Of a stretch of DNA of 64,000 nt, positions 59,445-64,000 are shown in pieces (the stretch's first letter is position 1; every line of letters starts with the position of its first letter). The notes beneath the pieces are model-generated. The model saw only the letters and a list, made by a program, of their open reading frames with translations. It had not been told where the DNA came from and did not search any database. The stretch is from Promethearchaeati archaeon SRVP18_Atabeyarchaeia-1 (lineage in GTDB: Archaea; Asgardarchaeota; Atabeyarchaeia; Atabeyarchaeales; Atabeyarchaeaceae). The stretch lies in the NCBI GenBank assembly GCA_037308085.1, contig CP147779.1, forward strand, positions 608,001 through 672,000. The letters are read 5' to 3'. The position numbers and the translations under genes were made by a program.

Positions 59445-59708
59445 TCAGAACACACCAAGCTTCGTAGCTATATCACTGGCTTTGAACTCCGGTTTCAAGG
59501 CAATGTATGCCTTTTTCTCTCCGGTAGGAAGGATGGTTGTGTTTACCTTCATTACTTTGACTTCATAGAGCTTTTCAATCGCCCTTTTGATCATGTGTTT
59601 GTTAGCTTTCCGTGAAACGATAAATACCAGTTTGTTCTCCCGCTCGATAACCTCGAGCGCCGCTTCCGTGATCACTGGTCTTACGACGACAAAGCCTTCT
59701 TTGGTCAT
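59445..59708 (-). CDS. rpl23: 50S ribosomal protein L23
   Basis: ENKLVFIV, KVNT, GEKKAYI. Confidence 0.96.
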   Translation of the reverse strand: MTKEGFVVVRPVITEAALEVIERENKLVFIVSRKANKHMIKRAIEKLYEVKVMKVNTTILPTGEKKAYIALKPEFKASDIATKLGVF

Positions 59709-60511
59709 TGCGTTTCACCACTACTCAACCAGCTAAGAGTCTTGAGCTTGTTCAACGCTGATTCGGACCAAATGGTGAGTCGACCAGGATTTCCGCCGGG
59801 TGCAAGGTCCTCTACGCCCAAGTTTGACACCGAGACAACATTGACGCCAAGATTTCTCGTAGCCTTCATTACGGGTTCCGTCTTGTCCACAACAATCAAC
59901 GGGCCGCGGGGGGTCTTGTACTTTCTCCCTCTTTTCTTCCCAGCGCCACTCCTAACTCTCCTACCGTTCAGTACACGGGCAACGTCAGGCCACACACCAA
60001 TATGCGTTAACGCCACCCTCGCCTCAGCGGAGGATGTTACCTTCTCGATTTCGTTCACGCAGACTATGGGCAAGGTCTTAACCTTGTCTTCGAACAAGTG
60101 CCCACGTTTCTTTACTGAGTCTATCTCACTTGTCAGGGCAATTGCCGACTTCAATGCGAGGCGGCGTTCCTTCTTGTTTATGAGTTCGCGAACGCGTTTT
60201 TCTACCCTCGGCGGGTGAGTTATTCTACCACCAACTGTCATAGGGGCAAATCCGCCAGCGTTTGCTTCAGGACTCCCGCTACCCCTCTTTCTCGGCACCC
60301 TAGCTAAGTGCATGCCCGGGCCACGTGAGTATGCAGTGGTCCGCTTTCCCGCCATCGGATCGACTGAATGGTGGTGGTATCTAGCGGAAATTGAGGCCAA
60401 GACTGCTCTATTTATCACGTCGGGTCTCGGAGGTGTCTCGAAGACTTCTGGGAGCGTCAATTTCTTGACTGTATTTCCCTCGAGGTCGACGACTTGCACT
60501 GCTTTTGCCAT
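59705..60511 (-). CDS. rpl4: 50S ribosomal protein L4
   Basis: LPEVF, INKKERRLA, LAPGG.PGRLTIW. Confidence 0.96.
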   Translation of the reverse strand: MAKAVQVVDLEGNTVKKLTLPEVFETPPRPDVINRAVLASISARYHHHSVDPMAGKRTTAYSRGPGMHLARVPRKRGSGSPEANAGGFAPMTVGGRITHPPRVEKRVRELINKKERRLALKSAIALTSEIDSVKKRGHLFEDKVKTLPIVCVNEIEKVTSSAEARVALTHIGVWPDVARVLNGRRVRSGAGKKRGRKYKTPRGPLIVVDKTEPVMKATRNLGVNVVSVSNLGVEDLAPGGNPGRLTIWSESALNKLKTLSWLSSGETQ

Positions 60512-60531
60512 AAGTCATCACCAATCGGTTT

Positions 60532-61536
60532 CTACTTCTTGGGTGTATTGTGAATATGTAGGATCTGTGCTGGTGCCTCAGGCGTCTTCTGATTTAGTCT
60601 TATCGGAAGTCTCAACTTTAGGAGTCGCTTCGCGTCACCTGGGACAGAGCCTTCAAGTAACAGAAAATCGCCTCTGACAATGCCGTACCTATTGATCCCG
60701 CCTTTAGCTGTGATCTCTTCTCCTCTGTCCCCCAGCTTCAAGATGCGCTTGTTGAATTCAACACGATGGTGGTATCCCAGTTGCCCCGATCGCGGGATCG
60801 TGTACATAACGCTGTGAGGGCTAATCGGGCCTAGGGTACCAACACCGCGAACAGTCTTTCTTGATTTCTTCTGAAGAACCTTAACATGATACCTTTTAAC
60901 AACCCCTTGGTACCCTTTTCCTTTTGAGACGCCAATCACATCCAGGAAACCGCCTTCCCTGAATACGTCTCGGATTCTGATCTCCTTCCCAAGAAGGTTC
61001 TTAGCATATTTGAATTGATCCTGTATTGGGCCGCCTCCGACTTCGATCTCCGCGACCACCGGCTTTTTTGACGAGACAGCCGCCAATCTAGGCTGGGTAT
61101 GAACCAGAAGCCTGATCCTGCTTATACTCTTCAGTTCTGCCTCTAGCTTGCCGAGCTTCTCGTCAGTCTTAGGGTCGGAGGGCAGCGGGAAACTGCGTGA
61201 GAGATCTTTGCTGAGATTCTTTGACCAAGTTTCGTGGCTACACCTTAGACCGTAAGGAGTCTGAGCATATGCCCTCAACCCGCAAACAGCTAGTGGGGGG
61301 CAGTCGATTATTGTAGCTGATACCTCCACTTCGCGCCCTCTGAGGGGGCTATGGGGAGCATTGTCTAATAATATGGCATGGGTCATACCGGCCTTGTAGC
61401 CAGCAAAACCTAAGGCTATAGGTTCACCGGTGCGCGAAGGCCAAGACCTTACACGCCCCCAAGGTCTAGACGATCTTTTCCGTGGCAGGTATGAAAGCGA
61501 GCCATGATGCGGCGCATGCTGTTTCCTGTGTCCCAA
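60532..61536 (-). CDS. rpl3: 50S ribosomal protein L3
   Basis: GFAGYKAGMTH, KGKGYQGVVKR, GQLGYH. Confidence 0.97.
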   Translation of the reverse strand: MGHRKQHAPHHGSLSYLPRKRSSRPWGRVRSWPSRTGEPIALGFAGYKAGMTHAILLDNAPHSPLRGREVEVSATIIDCPPLAVCGLRAYAQTPYGLRCSHETWSKNLSKDLSRSFPLPSDPKTDEKLGKLEAELKSISRIRLLVHTQPRLAAVSSKKPVVAEIEVGGGPIQDQFKYAKNLLGKEIRIRDVFREGGFLDVIGVSKGKGYQGVVKRYHVKVLQKKSRKTVRGVGTLGPISPHSVMYTIPRSGQLGYHHRVEFNKRILKLGDRGEEITAKGGINRYGIVRGDFLLLEGSVPGDAKRLLKLRLPIRLNQKTPEAPAQILHIHNTPKK

Positions 61537-61684
61537 AGCGAGTTCCTCCTGTGATATCGATGATTCTTAAAACGCAGATATGAAGTCACATTCAAGTCTT
61601 TGCCAATGGTTCACGTAACGGCATTCGTGCCTAGATGAGCCTAATGTATTTCTTGAATTGTGGTATGATCATTACTCGCAGGTC

Positions 61685-62548
61685 TTATGAATCTTGTGCC
61701 AATTTCCTTATCAGCACGTTGATGATAGCAAGAGTACCCTGAACTGCTTCTTCCGTTCTCACGCTTAGCGTACCTTGTCCCGGAATTGTGTTTAAATTGA
61801 GATCGGCCACTTTCTCATTCAGTCCTTCTCTTGCCAGTATTTCTCTCAGTCCCTCTCTTGGTGAGCCGAAAGCTATTAGAATCTTTCTTGATCTCCGGAT
61901 TCCTTCCTCAAGATTCTTGAAGGAGGCGACTATCTGCGAGCCCAACCTCGACGTGAGTACGTAGAGGTCAAAGGTCTTCCTACTCATGAATACCCCAAGA
62001 GGTTCTCCAAGCTCAACTGTTCTATAACCCCAGTATTCAGGGATAGAAGAAGCATCTGTGGGCTCAAGCAGCACCTCCTTATCCTTCCTAGTTATCCTGA
62101 AGGTTCTCCTCTCTCCTGTTGGTATCCTTACATTGGTTCTCAGTGGTCTTTCTACTCCGACGTCGACGAGCGATTCGCCCCCATGATTCTTGATGACGAC
62201 TCCCTCGCGGTATTCGCCATTCTTCAGTGACACTAGACGATTCTCTGTTGGGTGATGTGGCGTATTGAGAGGAGGGAGCATGCCCGCGAATCTCAGAGTG
62301 GGAGATAATGGAAAGAGACGTTTTCTGAGGTACTGCGGAGTCTCCATATATCGGAGGATTTCACAAATCAGTTGTGAGTCGCTCTTCTGCTCACTGTAAA
62401 TGCGGTCTACATAAACGAGGATCTGATCAACGCAATATATCGCTGATGCACGGGCGATCTGACCTATCTTGTATGTCTTCAACTGAAGGCTGGGTACATC
62501 GGCAACAATCGATGCAGGAACTGCTATGGAGACGCTGGGTTCTTTCAT
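61685..62548 (-). CDS. SPOUT RNA methyltransferase (DUF171 type)
   Basis: KIGQIARA, ETPQYLRK, AGMLPPL..PHH, PGQGT.SVRTEEA; upstream of rpl3. Confidence 0.88.
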   Translation of the reverse strand: MKEPSVSIAVPASIVADVPSLQLKTYKIGQIARASAIYCVDQILVYVDRIYSEQKSDSQLICEILRYMETPQYLRKRLFPLSPTLRFAGMLPPLNTPHHPTENRLVSLKNGEYREGVVIKNHGGESLVDVGVERPLRTNVRIPTGERRTFRITRKDKEVLLEPTDASSIPEYWGYRTVELGEPLGVFMSRKTFDLYVLTSRLGSQIVASFKNLEEGIRRSRKILIAFGSPREGLREILAREGLNEKVADLNLNTIPGQGTLSVRTEEAVQGTLAIINVLIRKLAQDS

Positions 62549-62629
62549 TGCTTGTACCCAACCGTTGCGGGTGCAATCATCGTAGACGTGATCCGTCTGC
62601 TGGCGGAGTGCAAATCATCACGCTCCCTT

Positions 62630-63634
62630 TCAAGCGACAGATGCACGCTTCCTGTAAGTTCGATAGACTACCGCCCCGATAACTATCATCGCGGACGAGA
62701 CCAAAGCCATGTATAGAAACACATTTGGGGGCTGCATCTGGAAGTTCTGAACTAGCCACAAAACAAGGTTTCTTAGAAGCGCCTGATTGCCTTCAACACT
62801 GAGATATGTATCGTTGAACATGGACGCTGAGCCACACAACGCGCTTCGATGAGTCCCATCATCAATCAGCAGAAGCCAATTTGGCAACCCAGAATCGGAC
62901 TGAGCAGACGCCCTCGCGACAAATGTCGGATCAATGAAAGAAGTGATGTTTAGGCTGCATGACAATGTCACTACGCCTGTCAGTCCGCCTATGATGGTCT
63001 GTGGCGAGAGCAAGTGTCCGTGCGGATTGCCGGAAAATTCGAACATTGTGCTATTGACTTTTACGGCGAGAGTGTTGTTGCGGTAGACTCTTGTCTGCCA
63101 GTTGGGCGAGCTGTTGCTGATAAATATTGCGTCAGATCCGAATGCCACCTGTACGATACTAGTCTTCCCCAGAATACTATTGAGGGCTGCAGAGAAATTC
63201 ATCAAGCCGCCACCGTAGTAGTCAGACAGCAAGAAAAGTGAACCGCCGGAGTCGAGGAAATGCTTAATCACTGTCGAGTTGGGAATCGTGGTAGCATTAG
63301 GCATGCTGATGATTAGGAGTCTCGCGTTACCCAGATCTGCCTCATGCAGAATCTGGCTTCTGACCGTAAGATTCAGCCCCAGCCCACTCTCGGGGCTTAT
63401 GCCAGCCACCATGAGGTTAAAGCCGCCGAACACCTCTCTTCCACCTGTGGGTTTATCGTTTCCCGAGACGAGGACCACGCCAATCGAGCTACGATCACTG
63501 TGGACATCTTGGGCCGACACGGCTGCAGTGGAGGATGCAAAGGATACTACTAGGGCTATCAAGATAATCGCTAAACAGCAGCTCGTTCGGCGCATCGGAT
63601 CGCCTGCCTCCCTTCTGTGGTGCGGCTTCTTCAT
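62630..63634 (-). CDS. Secreted, C-terminally membrane-anchored hypothetical protein (GATase-like/DUF4350-like)
   Basis: Signal peptide, FLDSGGSLFLL, N.ALL.NLV.WL, C-terminal TM with basic tail. Confidence 0.6.
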   Translation of the reverse strand: MKKPHHRREAGDPMRRTSCCLAIILIALVVSFASSTAAVSAQDVHSDRSSIGVVLVSGNDKPTGGREVFGGFNLMVAGISPESGLGLNLTVRSQILHEADLGNARLLIISMPNATTIPNSTVIKHFLDSGGSLFLLSDYYGGGLMNFSAALNSILGKTSIVQVAFGSDAIFISNSSPNWQTRVYRNNTLAVKVNSTMFEFSGNPHGHLLSPQTIIGGLTGVVTLSCSLNITSFIDPTFVARASAQSDSGLPNWLLLIDDGTHRSALCGSASMFNDTYLSVEGNQALLRNLVLWLVQNFQMQPPNVFLYMALVSSAMIVIGAVVYRTYRKRASVA

Positions 63635-64000
63635 TCTATTGTAGCGTGCCGTGCCTTTAGGTCTTCCTCTTTCTGACCGAGCCTATGCATTAGTTCAGCA
63701 ATAATCCCGTCCAGGAATATCATGGCCGCCACTTCAAATTGAGTGCCCAGAGGAGCCAGAGGTTCGTGTTCTCCAACTATCTGCCTCGAGATATAGGAAT
63801 CCTCTCGTCTAGCCATCTTTGTCCTGCCCACCACGACCGCAACTTGGTCGGCTAGTTGCCCAAGCGGCGAGTCTGGGTAGGATGTTATTGCCACGATCTT
63901 TGCCCCTCTTTCCTCTTTGGCGATCTTGGACAGAATTACTACTAGGCGGGTTGTGCCTGACCCAGATATGGCAACTACAACATCTCCTGGTTCAAGGATC
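63631..64000 (-). CDS. hxlB: 6-phospho-3-hexuloisomerase (SIS domain), 5' end outside window
   Basis: VAISGSGTT, ITSYPDSPLG, LAPLGTQFE, RHATIE. Confidence 0.88.
   Translation of the reverse strand, partial: ILEPGDVVVAISGSGTTRLVVILSKIAKEERGAKIVAITSYPDSPLGQLADQVAVVVGRTKMARREDSYISRQIVGEHEPLAPLGTQFEVAAMIFLDGIIAELMHRLGQKEEDLKARHATIE

Overview
Archaeal chromosomal segment. The gene set (PolD DP1/DP2, Cdc6, RadA/RadB, CarS, CofE, a non-catalytic tRNA-splicing endonuclease subunit, OSTC/OST3-like, ZPR1, Lsm) points to a TACK/Asgard-type archaeon; the lineage is inferred, not determined. Most of the window is housekeeping DNA around a probable replication origin (cdc6, ORB boxes, AT-rich unwinding element, then bacterial-type parAB), plus a por operon and the L3-L4-L23-L2 ribosomal cluster. 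Main points of interest: (1) three mobile elements share IS6-type terminal inverted repeats and 8-bp target-site duplications. One carries an IS6 DDE transposase plus cargo. Two carry only tnpB, with a RuvC-III Asp-to-His change and a covarying 3' RNA structure, suggesting TnpB mobilised by a DDE transposase. (2) glyA is interrupted by a 38-nt insertion that folds into a canonical bulge-helix-bulge, and its removal restores the conserved PGERVY motif: a candidate endonuclease-spliced mRNA intron. (3) tRNAs carry one, two and three introns. (4) Two copies of a ~380-bp protein-free IS200/IS605-ended element carry a promoter-like motif and a structured RNA. (5) An unannotated, pseudoknotted intergenic RNA candidate lies at ~42.3-42.6 kb. 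(6) AtpA and DP2 contain inteins, and the DP2 intein ends in Asp. All calls come from reading the sequence by eye; no database search was run.
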